Virus record (IMG/VR): IMGVR_UViG_3300037502_002220
Location: 1-64,000 of that record
Reading direction: 5' to 3' (one strand)
DNA length: 64,000 bases
Source of the DNA: a virus
Below are positions 10,212 through 20,055 of the stretch, one piece after another. The notes beneath the pieces are model-generated. The model made no database searches. It was not told the origin of the DNA and saw only the letters and a program-made list of their open reading frames with translations. Numbering within the stretch: position 1 is the first letter of the stretch; the number at the start of each line of letters is the position of its first letter. A program made the translations under genes and the position numbers.

Positions 10212-13200
10212 AACGGATAGTACTATTTATACTTTTAGCTTTACCTGTATTTGTATACAGTCAGATTCCTAATATCAACCCTAGAAATATTAGGTTGCTT
10301 TACCAAACAACAGGTGATGGTATTATTTGGCGTGGTAGCGATAGTATTAACTATACACCTACTACTGTTGGTAATGCATGGATGCATTTAGACACAGTTA
10401 ATAACAAACTGTACTCGTATGTACAAGGTCAGTGGCAGCTTATTAAAGCTGGTGGATTAACTGGTGTATATATGAACCAAGACACGTTGTTTTTAACTAC
10501 TGTAGATACTGTATTCTACACGTTAATAACACCAGATAGTATTCAATACAACAGTAGTCTTCAAGTATTATCTATTAAAAAAGGTAATAGTATCACACTA
10601 GCTGTAAATAAAGACAGCACTTTAATAGGTAATAATACACTAGCATCTCCTTTAGGTATAAATAATACTAACGTACCATTGTTTAAAGATACTTTATCTT
10701 CGTTAGCTACTAAAGCTAATGTAGCACTTAAGCTAAATATATCAGATACTAGTGCAATGCTAGCTAACTATGTTAACTTTAGTGATACATTATCTGTTTC
10801 TGATGGTGGTACAGGAAAAACTAAACTAGATATTAATAGAGTTTTATTTGGTAATGACACATTACCTATAGGTACAGATAATAATCTATACTGGAGTAAT
10901 GCAAATAACAGGTTGTTAGTAGGTACTGGTTGGTTAAGAAACCCTCCAGGTAGTCTTGTTACATCTCGTTTAACTTCGTTTGCTGCAGATAGTAGTACTG
11001 TATTCCCTGGTCAAGTTACATATAATCACTTGTTAAACTATTTATCAACATCAGTATATGATAATGCTGCAGCATTGTTTGTATCTGGTACACCTAATAC
11101 ATATAGTTACGTAAGTGTAAATAGTCCTGAGACAGTACTTATCTTAGGTAGAATGGGTTTTGAAGGTCCCGCGTATGGAAATATAGTTAGGTTTGATTTA
11201 TCAAAACACACCCTTTTTGAAAATGAACCTAGAACTAGAATGGATATTCGTTTATCTGCAGTAGACGAAGAAGGTGATAACACACCTATTGTAATGACAC
11301 TGAGATCAGATTATAGAGTAGGTATTAATCAACCTACACCTAGCACTACGTTAGATGTTAACGGTACCGTTAAAGTATCTAATCTTGTTTTATACACACC
11401 TACGAGGTTAGTAGGTGCTGATGCAAACGGTGCACTTGGTGATATCGCACTAGGGGGAGGGTTAACTTTAGTAAATGATACGTTGTACGGTCAAGATACT
11501 ACTTCTCTGTACAACCAGTTAAACTTAAAGTTAAACATCTCTGATACGGCTTCGATGCTTACTAACTACATTAATGTAGTTGATACTGCATCTATGCTAG
11601 CTCCTTATCTTAGGTTAGCTGATACATCTGCAATGCTTACTAACTACGTGAATATTGCAGATACTGCTTCAATGCTAAGTACTTATATGCAGTATGTAGA
11701 TACCGTATCATTATCTAACCGTATTAACACGAAACAAGATCAGCTTAACGGCACTGGGTTTGTAAAAGTAAATGGTACCGTAATTAGTTATGATACATCT
11801 ACATATCTTAAAAATAATGTAGATTCTATTATATTTAATACTACTTACGAAGGTGTAGCTCAACACGGTGAGGTTATTTGGAATAATCAAAATGGTACGT
11901 TAATGCTAGGTATGGCTAATAATGTAGAAATACCATTAGGTCAAGGTGAAGCTCACTTAGTTAAGAATGTAACTGGTAATGTTATACCTAAAGGTAAAGT
12001 AGTTTATATATCCGGTGCTACTGGTCAGAAACCTCAAATAAGTTTAGCTAGTGCATCTAGTGAAAGTACAAGTTCTAAGACATTTGGTATTACAGCAGAA
12101 GATATTGATAATAATGATACTGGATTTGTATTTGTATCTGGTTATGTACACGGTATTAAAACAGATACGTTTACAACAGGTCAAGCATTGTGGTTAAGTT
12201 CAAATGGTAATATAACTAACATACCACCACAGACACCATTACATTCGGTGTTTGTTGGTTATGCAATTAACCAAAAGATTAACGGCACTGTATTTGTTAA
12301 GATTCAAAATGGTTACGAACTTGATGAGCTTCATGATGTTAAGATAACTAGTCCTACTGAACGTGATGTACTTATGTACGATTCTACGTTGAAGTACTGG
12401 GTTAATAAAGCTATCTTACCTAGTGTAAAAGGTACGTATTATACATCTACAGGCGCAGATCTTACATCAACCCAAACTGATTCTATTATTAACATGGCAG
12501 GTTCTCATGCTATATATTTACACTTACAGTCTGGTGCAAGTTCTAATCTTCAGTTGTTGTTAAGCTATCCTGGTGATGACGATTTAGGTAAGATATTAAC
12601 TGTATACGCTCAAGATGACGATAATACATGGGGTGTACAAATAGGATCTGATATCTGGGTAGGTGTTAACTTTATACCTACGTATAATATGTTTAACGGT
12701 CAAACAGTAACATTATCTGCTCAAAAAACGAGTGTAGGTAATAGATGGGTGGTAGTTAACGATCCACAAGATTTATCTTTATCTGGTCAAACGTTAGCAA
12801 TTAGTGGTGGTGGTACAAGTGTAACATTACCTGTAGTTGGTGTTACTGCTGGTACTGGTATTAATACAAGTACTACTAGTGGTAATGTAACTGTTAACTT
12901 AGCTAACTCAGGTGTGAGTGCAGGTACTTATAATAACTCAGCTACATCAGTTACACCTATAACTGTAGATACTACAGGTCGTATAACAGGTACTGGTTCT
13001 CCAGTTACTATAACACCAGCTTGGTCTAGTATTACATCTACACCTACTACAATAAGTGGTTATGGTATTACAGATGCATATACTAAAACTGAAGTAGATA
13101 ACTTCTTACAAGGTTTAGATCCTAAAGCATCCGTAAAAGCTGCTACTGTAGCTAACATTACATTATCTGGTGAACAAACTGTAGATAATATTGCGTTAGT

Positions 13201-16200
13201 TACTGGTGATAGAGTCTTGGTAAAGAATCAAGATTCAGCTCCTGAGAATGGTATTTACATAGTATCTACTAGTACTTGGTCTAGATCATCAGATATGAAC
13301 AGTGCTAATGAATTTGCTGGAGCTTATGTGTTTGTAGAACAAGGTAATGTAAATGCTGATAGAGGTTATGTATGTACCAGTGATGTAGTAAGCGTAGGTG
13401 TAAGTGCTGTGAACTTTGTACAGTTTACAGGTTCTGGTGCATATCAACCTGTTCTTACTGGAACAGGATATGTATATACAAATAATGGAACTGTAACTTA
13501 TGTATCAGGCACCGCATCTGAGTTTGTAAAAGCAAACGGTACGTTAGATAACACTGCGTACTACCCGCTTAGTAACCCTGCTGGATATACTTCAAACGTA
13601 GGTACTATCACTGGAGTAACTGCAGGTACAGGTTTATCTGGTGGTGGTACATCTGGTACTGTAACATTAAATTTAGCTAATACTACAGTAACGCCTAGTA
13701 CATATGGAGACGCAGCTACTGTACCTGTATTTACTGTAGATGCTCAAGGTAGGATAACTAATGCTACTAACACTAACATATCAATACCACTTGCTCGTAT
13801 AACTCAAACGGGAGCTTCAACAGGTCAAGTGATTAAGTGGAGTGGTTCTACTTGGGCACCATCTACTGACTTAACTGTGTATAACTCTGACGGTACTCTG
13901 ACTGCTAACAGAATTTTAGATTTAAGCACATATGACTTTACTTTTAGAAAAAGTGCAAATGAATATGTTAGAATAGGCGATAGGTACATTAAAATTACAG
14001 ATGTTACTGCTGGGTATGAAACAACAGTAGATCGCACTGGTATACAAAATACTACGACTACAGGATCACTTGATTCTAGGATTGATATGATATCTGGTAT
14101 TATACTGCTGCGTGCAGAAAACGCTATTACAGCAGGAGGTAGTACTTCAGATATTAAAATAAATACAGATGGTAAGATTACATTTAGAGTAGATGCTACA
14201 GGACCTATTACTAACATATATGGTAAAAACAGCAGTGGTGAACTAACTAGTACTGCTGCTAGTACAGTAGGTCTCAACTTATTATCTGCTTCAAGTACTG
14301 CTGCTGTAAGAAATGATCTTGATGTAACACCTAAATGTGGAGCTATTATCAACGGAAAGTGGAGAGAGTTTATGTGTTATAATCTTGGGTCAGTAAACAT
14401 GAATGCAGATCCTTTTACACCAAGTTGGGAGATTATAGGTGACTACTGGCAATGGGGTAAAAAAGTACAACAGGCATTTAGTCCAACTGGAAGTGGAGCT
14501 GGAGAAGCTAACGATGGAGTCGTATCTTGGACTACAGTAATATTTGAAGTAAATCAATATAATAATGCTGCAAAAACAGCAAATGATCCATGTCCTGAAG
14601 GTTATAGAGTACCAACAGATGATGAATGGCAGTCGTTAATTACTCAATATAGTGGAGGTACTCCAGTAGGTGATTGGACAAACTCTGCAACAAATTATAC
14701 TTCTGGTAGAAAATTTGGCGATAATCTTTTCTTACCTGCAGCAGGAGCTAGAAATAGTTCAAATGGTTCTTTGTTTAATCGTGGATCTAATGGTTATTAC
14801 TGGACTAGTGCCAGTACTAGTACTTCTAACGCTAAGTATTTACTTTTTAATTCAACTACTGCTAGCGTAAATACATTTAATAAAACTCATGGTGTATCCG
14901 TAAGATGTATTTCAGAGATACCTGCAAATGTAGGAAGTGAAGTAGTTGGTACTGGTTATGCAAATCTTGCTCCTCCTGTAAATGGTATGATTGTAGAAGG
15001 TAATGTAGGGATAGGAAATAATGATCCTACGTCTCGTTTACATGTAAGTGGTAACACTACGCTAGATGGTACAATAGGATTAAGAGCTTCATCTACTACA
15101 TCTGCTGCTACTCAAATACCTGTATTTACACAAGATCCTACATCAATTACTAGGACTCTATCAACTAGAACTCCAGCTCAGTTACTGAGTGACATAGGAG
15201 CTGGTACTGTATCTAGCGTAGGACTTTCTTTACCTACTAATATATTTACAGTATCAAACTCTCCTGTTACTACTTCAGGTACACTTACAGGAGCACTAGC
15301 AAATCAAAATGCAAATCTTGTATTCGCAGGACCTACTAGTGGTTTAGCAGCAGCACCTACTTTTAGAAGCCTAGTGTCTGCAGACATACCTCTTATAGAT
15401 TTAGCTACTAAAGTATCAGGTCAACTACCAGTAGCTAATGGTGGTACTGGACAAGCAACGTTAGCTGCTGCTGGAATTGTAACAGGTACTGCTACTGCTG
15501 GTCAAGTTGCATTCTGGAATGCAGCAAATACGCAAGCTGGTGACGCTAATCTAATTTGGGATAATATCTTAAAAAGATTTAGAATTGGTCCAGTAGCACC
15601 GCTATCAAGTAATTATGCGGGAGTTGGTGATTTTTCTGTTACTAAAAATGGTGTACTGCCTATTAGTTTAACTGCGTATTCAAATGATCCAACTTCTGCT
15701 CCTACAATTTTATATCAAAGAGCTAGAGGAACTGGAGCTGCGCCCGCAACAATAAATGCTGGAGATTATATAGGGTCATTTAGTTTTGAAGGTTATCATA
15801 GAACAACAGGCCAAAGATCAAGTTCTTTTATAGGAGTATTTGCTGAACAGAATTTTACTGAAAATTCTTTTCCCAGTTCAATTTTCTTTAGTACTGGTGG
15901 TACGGCTACTTTATCAGAGCGTCTCCGCATAACTAGTGCGGGCAGTGTCAATATTGGAGGTGATTATGGGCAAACGGCAGATAGATTTAAAGTTACTGGT
16001 ACTGCGGTTTTTACTGATTTGGTTACATCTGGTAGAGGGTTTTTAATCAATAGTGGTCAATACTCATCTATAGCAACAATACCGTATGCTGGAATGTTCC
16101 TATCCGACGCATATTTTAATCCAAATGAAGATGGATTTGGTAGCTTGTTTATAACATCTAGAAGTGATGCTGCTCGACCTATTGTGTTTGGTACATCAAC

Positions 16201-18550
16201 TGGAAGTGTTCTTACAGAAAGAATGCGTATAGCAGGTAACGGTAACGTAGGTATAGGTACGGCAACACCTACGGAAAGATTGACTGTAAATGGAAATATT
16301 TTGGTCTCAGGTACCAATCCTTTATTAACAACTACGTACCCAAACTATCTTTGGGTGACACCTATATTAACTGCGATGGCTGGAGAAAGCTTTAGTGATG
16401 CAGGTATGATAGGAATACTATATGATAGAAATGAGTTAACTAACGCTGGGTATAGGGGAGACATTACAATTTCAGGTAGTGCACTACAAAGTGTTAGCAA
16501 CAATAAGGCTGAGACAAATGTTTTAGTTGACAGTCGTGGAACGTTTAGTGGTAACATGGTTTTAAAAAGTAGTGTTTTGTCTACAGATAATGTAATAATT
16601 AATATTACACTTCCGTCTTTTGTTGGAAACTATTCTAGTGCAAGATGGCAACCTTTTTTACAAATGAGATTAAGTACACTTTCTGGATATTCATACCCAA
16701 GAGCTATAAAAGTTGAAGTGTCTAGTGATAATGTAAATTGGTATACTAATAGCACATGGCAAACAACAAATTTTGTTTCATCTACTGGATTTTGGATAGG
16801 AGAATTTGGTGTTCCTAACACACCATCTCCTGCACTTACAGATTGGAGATACGCGAGATTTATATTAAGCGATTTTAGTATAGGAGTAATTTCCAATTTA
16901 TGGATTAGTGAAATAGGTATAAGGCACCTTTCTGCACCTCCTGCTAGACAATATTTAAACCAAGTAGGTACTAACACTCAATATGGATCTAATTTTATTT
17001 ATGGTTTATCAGAAACTGAAGGTACGCCGTTGTCTATATTTAATTCTAACTTAACTTCGTTATTACATGTTAGTAACATAGGTAGAGTTGGTATAGGAAC
17101 AAATGATCCACAGGCTATGTTAGATATAAGAAGAAGTACCAATGCTAATGAAGGAAGCGCATTTCCTCGAATTAATATACAAAACACATCAACTGTTCAG
17201 GGAACTGGAAGTGGTCCCACACCTAACAACTTTGCTGATATTTCCATAAGTTCAGGAAATACGGCTGTTAATATGTTAATTGGGACTTCTTTTGGTACAG
17301 GTAATTTCTTCCCTCAAGGAAGTATTAATGTGACTACTTCACATCCGCTTCTTTTTAAAACTACTAACACTGAACGTATGCGTATAACTAGTGGCGGTAA
17401 CGTAGGTATAGGTACTACAACTCCTAATACTATATTAGATGTGTATAGCAATGCCGATATATGGCATTTTATGATTGGTGGAGCCACTTCCAAACTTTTA
17501 ATTGCAGGACAAGGAGTACTTGGAACCGTACTTCAAGGCGCTCCGGGTAATCACCCTAATAATACAGTTGTAACAACCCCATACAATATTGTGTTTCAAA
17601 GAGATGGCGGTAACGTAGGTATAGGTAATGTAGCACCACAAAACAGATTACACGTACATACAGCATCTGCTGCAACATCATACGCTCAGTTTACTAATAC
17701 TGTTACAGGGGCATCTACTTCAACAGCAGGTTTACTCGTAGGTGTAAGTTCTAGTGGTAACGGTTTTGTGGGAATTAATTCATCTGATGGTTTTATAAGC
17801 TTTAGTACTGGTACTAGTTCTGTAGAACGTATGCGTTTTACAAGTTCAACAGACATAATTATAGGAAGTGGCGAAGGTACAGGTTTAACAGGTCTTGGTA
17901 AATTGCGAGGGACTAATGGAGCTGGAACTAACGCAGCAGGAGGAGACTTTTACATAGAAGGTGGTAGAAGTACTGGATCTTCATCTGGCGGTAGCATATA
18001 CTTTCAAACTTCTCCTAGTGGATCAGCAGGAACAACACCAAATACAATAACTGAACGTATGGTAATACAGGGCAGTGGTAATATTAAATTAAACAGTGTC
18101 GTGTATGGTAACACAACAAATGCTAACACTAGAACTTTATACATAGGTGATAATTATATAATTGGTGGAGTGTCGTCTATCAGAGCTTCTAAGAAAAACA
18201 TAACGGATATAGATTCTGTAGACTACCTGTATCAATTACAACCAGTAACGTTCAACTATCGTAAAAAAGATAGTAACGGTAATTATACAGAGGAAATTTA
18301 CGAGGAAAGAGTCCATGGTCTTATTGCAGAAGATGTTTCACCAGTAGCAGACTTTTTAGTTAACTACGATGTTAACCAGGATGGTACTAAAAAGATGATA
18401 GGTATTGAATACCCAAGATTAATAGTACCTTTACTTAAAGCTGTGCAAGATCAGAAATCAGAAATTGATGAGCTAAAAACTAAACTACAAGCTCAGAATG
18501 ATGTTATTAATTTATTAATCAAACGTATAGAAGCGTTAGAACAGAAATAA
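10208..18550 (+). CDS. Giant mosaic tail fibre/spike: signal peptide, DT(A/S)xML repeats, Fib_succ_major domain, GNVGIG repeats, C-terminal peptidase S74 chaperone
   Basis: 2780 aa. C-terminal 'SSIRASKKNITDI...LQPVTFNY...GLIAEDV...GIEYPRLIVPLLKAVQD' plus coiled coil is an S74 intramolecular chaperone. Multiple 'ERMRI..GNVGIGT' fibre repeats. Confidence 0.9.
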   Translation: MKRIVLFILLALPVFVYSQIPNINPRNIRLLYQTTGDGIIWRGSDSINYTPTTVGNAWMHLDTVNNKLYSYVQGQWQLIKAGGLTGVYMNQDTLFLTTVDTVFYTLITPDSIQYNSSLQVLSIKKGNSITLAVNKDSTLIGNNTLASPLGINNTNVPLFKDTLSSLATKANVALKLNISDTSAMLANYVNFSDTLSVSDGGTGKTKLDINRVLFGNDTLPIGTDNNLYWSNANNRLLVGTGWLRNPPGSLVTSRLTSFAADSSTVFPGQVTYNHLLNYLSTSVYDNAAALFVSGTPNTYSYVSVNSPETVLILGRMGFEGPAYGNIVRFDLSKHTLFENEPRTRMDIRLSAVDEEGDNTPIVMTLRSDYRVGINQPTPSTTLDVNGTVKVSNLVLYTPTRLVGADANGALGDIALGGGLTLVNDTLYGQDTTSLYNQLNLKLNISDTASMLTNYINVVDTASMLAPYLRLADTSAMLTNYVNIADTASMLSTYMQYVDTVSLSNRINTKQDQLNGTGFVKVNGTVISYDTSTYLKNNVDSIIFNTTYEGVAQHGEVIWNNQNGTLMLGMANNVEIPLGQGEAHLVKNVTGNVIPKGKVVYISGATGQKPQISLASASSESTSSKTFGITAEDIDNNDTGFVFVSGYVHGIKTDTFTTGQALWLSSNGNITNIPPQTPLHSVFVGYAINQKINGTVFVKIQNGYELDELHDVKITSPTERDVLMYDSTLKYWVNKAILPSVKGTYYTSTGADLTSTQTDSIINMAGSHAIYLHLQSGASSNLQLLLSYPGDDDLGKILTVYAQDDDNTWGVQIGSDIWVGVNFIPTYNMFNGQTVTLSAQKTSVGNRWVVVNDPQDLSLSGQTLAISGGGTSVTLPVVGVTAGTGINTSTTSGNVTVNLANSGVSAGTYNNSATSVTPITVDTTGRITGTGSPVTITPAWSSITSTPTTISGYGITDAYTKTEVDNFLQGLDPKASVKAATVANITLSGEQTVDNIALVTGDRVLVKNQDSAPENGIYIVSTSTWSRSSDMNSANEFAGAYVFVEQGNVNADRGYVCTSDVVSVGVSAVNFVQFTGSGAYQPVLTGTGYVYTNNGTVTYVSGTASEFVKANGTLDNTAYYPLSNPAGYTSNVGTITGVTAGTGLSGGGTSGTVTLNLANTTVTPSTYGDAATVPVFTVDAQGRITNATNTNISIPLARITQTGASTGQVIKWSGSTWAPSTDLTVYNSDGTLTANRILDLSTYDFTFRKSANEYVRIGDRYIKITDVTAGYETTVDRTGIQNTTTTGSLDSRIDMISGIILLRAENAITAGGSTSDIKINTDGKITFRVDATGPITNIYGKNSSGELTSTAASTVGLNLLSASSTAAVRNDLDVTPKCGAIINGKWREFMCYNLGSVNMNADPFTPSWEIIGDYWQWGKKVQQAFSPTGSGAGEANDGVVSWTTVIFEVNQYNNAAKTANDPCPEGYRVPTDDEWQSLITQYSGGTPVGDWTNSATNYTSGRKFGDNLFLPAAGARNSSNGSLFNRGSNGYYWTSASTSTSNAKYLLFNSTTASVNTFNKTHGVSVRCISEIPANVGSEVVGTGYANLAPPVNGMIVEGNVGIGNNDPTSRLHVSGNTTLDGTIGLRASSTTSAATQIPVFTQDPTSITRTLSTRTPAQLLSDIGAGTVSSVGLSLPTNIFTVSNSPVTTSGTLTGALANQNANLVFAGPTSGLAAAPTFRSLVSADIPLIDLATKVSGQLPVANGGTGQATLAAAGIVTGTATAGQVAFWNAANTQAGDANLIWDNILKRFRIGPVAPLSSNYAGVGDFSVTKNGVLPISLTAYSNDPTSAPTILYQRARGTGAAPATINAGDYIGSFSFEGYHRTTGQRSSSFIGVFAEQNFTENSFPSSIFFSTGGTATLSERLRITSAGSVNIGGDYGQTADRFKVTGTAVFTDLVTSGRGFLINSGQYSSIATIPYAGMFLSDAYFNPNEDGFGSLFITSRSDAARPIVFGTSTGSVLTERMRIAGNGNVGIGTATPTERLTVNGNILVSGTNPLLTTTYPNYLWVTPILTAMAGESFSDAGMIGILYDRNELTNAGYRGDITISGSALQSVSNNKAETNVLVDSRGTFSGNMVLKSSVLSTDNVIINITLPSFVGNYSSARWQPFLQMRLSTLSGYSYPRAIKVEVSSDNVNWYTNSTWQTTNFVSSTGFWIGEFGVPNTPSPALTDWRYARFILSDFSIGVISNLWISEIGIRHLSAPPARQYLNQVGTNTQYGSNFIYGLSETEGTPLSIFNSNLTSLLHVSNIGRVGIGTNDPQAMLDIRRSTNANEGSAFPRINIQNTSTVQGTGSGPTPNNFADISISSGNTAVNMLIGTSFGTGNFFPQGSINVTTSHPLLFKTTNTERMRITSGGNVGIGTTTPNTILDVYSNADIWHFMIGGATSKLLIAGQGVLGTVLQGAPGNHPNNTVVTTPYNIVFQRDGGNVGIGNVAPQNRLHVHTASAATSYAQFTNTVTGASTSTAGLLVGVSSSGNGFVGINSSDGFISFSTGTSSVERMRFTSSTDIIIGSGEGTGLTGLGKLRGTNGAGTNAAGGDFYIEGGRSTGSSSGGSIYFQTSPSGSAGTTPNTITERMVIQGSGNIKLNSVVYGNTTNANTRTLYIGDNYIIGGVSSIRASKKNITDIDSVDYLYQLQPVTFNYRKKDSNGNYTEEIYEERVHGLIAEDVSPVADFLVNYDVNQDGTKKMIGIEYPRLIVPLLKAVQDQKSEIDELKTKLQAQNDVINLLIKRIEALEQK
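11522..11730 (+). repeat. Five tandem ~13-aa repeats (hhhxDTASMLxxY) in the fibre stalk
   Basis: LNISDTASMLTNY / INVVDTASMLAPY / LRLADTSAMLTNY / VNIADTASMLSTY / MQYVDTVSLSNR; a further copy at about 10733-10790. Confidence 0.85.
16240..17627 (+). repeat. Three identical 20-nt direct repeats CGGTAACGTAGGTATAGGTA (encoding GNVGIG)
   Basis: Copies at 16240-16259, 17395-17414 and 17608-17627. Confidence 0.85.
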
Positions 18551-18584
18551 AATTAAATTATTAATACTTTAAATTGTTATTATT

Positions 18585-19208
18585 ATGAACAGGATTTTTG
18601 TATTTGTTTTCATGTTTCCTTTTTTCTTGAATGCTCAAGAAGTAACTGCAGACAGCTTCAAGATTTTTAAGCAAGACGTACTTATTGATAGTGTAAGTAC
18701 ACAAATTTATGTACGTCAGATGCTTACTAACTTTGACAACTTCTCTGCAAATCTAGATCAAGTACCTATGGGTGACAGTGCTTCTGCTGTAAACAACCTA
18801 GCATCTTGGCAAATTCAAAGAGTACGCGATCATGCTTACATCGTAGGCGTAGCTATGCAAAAGCCAGCTATTTTGCGTCAGTGGAACAAAGTAAGTGCCG
18901 AGATGGTAGCTAATGGATTTCCAGCACTAGCTACTGTAGTTCAGAATTATTTTGAGAATGCGTTTATTGGTGACGTTAAAGTAAAAGTAGGTACTGCTGA
19001 TTTTGTACAAGGTACTGTAACTAAAAATGCTCAGGGTATTCTTAGGTTGAAGTACGGGACTAATGACTACAGGGTTACAATCTTTTGTGATCGTATGATT
19101 AGGATTGTAAACTATCCTACTCAAGGTCAATCTACTGATCTTTATGCAGTAAACAACAACAACTTGTTTGCTGACATGGATCGTGATATTGTAATCAAGT
19201 TTAAGTAA
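18585..19208 (+). CDS. Secreted protein with Sec signal peptide, function unknown (possible fibre partner)
   Basis: MNRIFVFVFMFPFFLNA|QEV: h-region, small residue at -1, Gln at +1. Confidence 0.65.
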   Translation: MNRIFVFVFMFPFFLNAQEVTADSFKIFKQDVLIDSVSTQIYVRQMLTNFDNFSANLDQVPMGDSASAVNNLASWQIQRVRDHAYIVGVAMQKPAILRQWNKVSAEMVANGFPALATVVQNYFENAFIGDVKVKVGTADFVQGTVTKNAQGILRLKYGTNDYRVTIFCDRMIRIVNYPTQGQSTDLYAVNNNNLFADMDRDIVIKFK

Positions 19209-19225
19209 GCTGTTATTTAACACTG

Positions 19226-19256
19226 TTGTACGTTAATATATTATAACGTATTTTTG
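19226..19256 (+). promoter_or_regulatory. Bacteroidota-type sigma70 promoter (-33 TTG, -7 TAnnTTTG) with a palindrome in the spacer
   Basis: TTG at 19226-19228, 20-nt spacer, TATTTTTG at 19249-19256, in an intergenic gap. Inverted repeat TACGTTA/TAACGTA at 19229-19250. Confidence 0.6.
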
Positions 19257-19278
19257 TACAAATTAAAAACTATAAGAC

Positions 19279-19611
19279 ATGAAGAATCCATTTTTAGAAA
19301 AACTTAAAGTTGTGTTCGGTAAAGGAGCTGAGGTACAAACTATTGACGATAGTCTTAGTGATACCATCAAATTACTTAAAGCATCTTTAAATCAGATGCG
19401 TGAACAACGTACTACACTACAAACAGAAATTCAACGTCAAAAAGATCTATCTGTACAAGCTCGTACACGTATTAAAGATCTTCAAAACGAGATTGTAGCA
19501 CACAATATTAGTGCTGAGAATGCAGAAACTAAAGTTAGGCAGATGCACGAACAACTTGTAAAACTTGATGAAGATGTACGTCGTGTTCATGAACATCTAA
19601 AAAAGATTTAA
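19279..19611 (+). CDS. Coiled-coil protein
   Basis: 110 aa with a continuous heptad pattern. Confidence 0.65.
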   Translation: MKNPFLEKLKVVFGKGAEVQTIDDSLSDTIKLLKASLNQMREQRTTLQTEIQRQKDLSVQARTRIKDLQNEIVAHNISAENAETKVRQMHEQLVKLDEDVRRVHEHLKKI

Positions 19612-19612
19612 C

Positions 19613-20053
19613 ATGTCTATGGAACTAATTAAAACTGCACTTAAGTACTACGGTGTTAAAGAATTTCCCGGCACTGATAAAAATAGTCCTACTATTGTAG
19701 GTTGGCTTAGGAGTATGTTACCTTGGGCTAACAACGATGAAATAGCTTGGTGCTCTGCATTTGTGAATGGTATTGCTAAAGAAGCTAAGTTTGAACACTT
19801 TCCTAGTACACACAATAATGCACTAGCTAGAGAGTGGTTAAAGAAAGGTACTGCAGTTACCACACCACAACTAGGTGATGTAGTAGTACTGTGGCGTGGT
19901 TCTAAAGATGCAGTCACTGGTCACGTAGGATTTTATATCCGTGAGAATACAGATAATGTATTCTTGCTAGGTGGTAATCAATCTGATTCTGTAAACATTA
20001 CAGCATTTCCTAAGTCAAGAGTACTTGGTTATAGGAGACTTAAAAAACTTTAA
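19613..20053 (+). CDS. TIGR02594-family NlpC/P60-CHAP-like peptidoglycan hydrolase (putative endolysin)
   Basis: 'YYGVKEFPG', 'DEIAWCSAFVN' (catalytic Cys), 'GDVVVLWR', 'GHVGFY' (His), 'LLGGNQSDSV'. Confidence 0.9.
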   Translation: MSMELIKTALKYYGVKEFPGTDKNSPTIVGWLRSMLPWANNDEIAWCSAFVNGIAKEAKFEHFPSTHNNALAREWLKKGTAVTTPQLGDVVVLWRGSKDAVTGHVGFYIRENTDNVFLLGGNQSDSVNITAFPKSRVLGYRRLKKL

Positions 20054-20055
20054 CT

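Noticed and set aside
11522-11730. Possible CRISPR array or DNA-level tandem repeat
   Set aside because: Repeats are degenerate at the DNA level, in-frame and conserved as peptide; there are no spacers.
14780-14915. Complete diversity-generating retroelement
   Set aside because: No reverse transcriptase or template repeat seen in this window.
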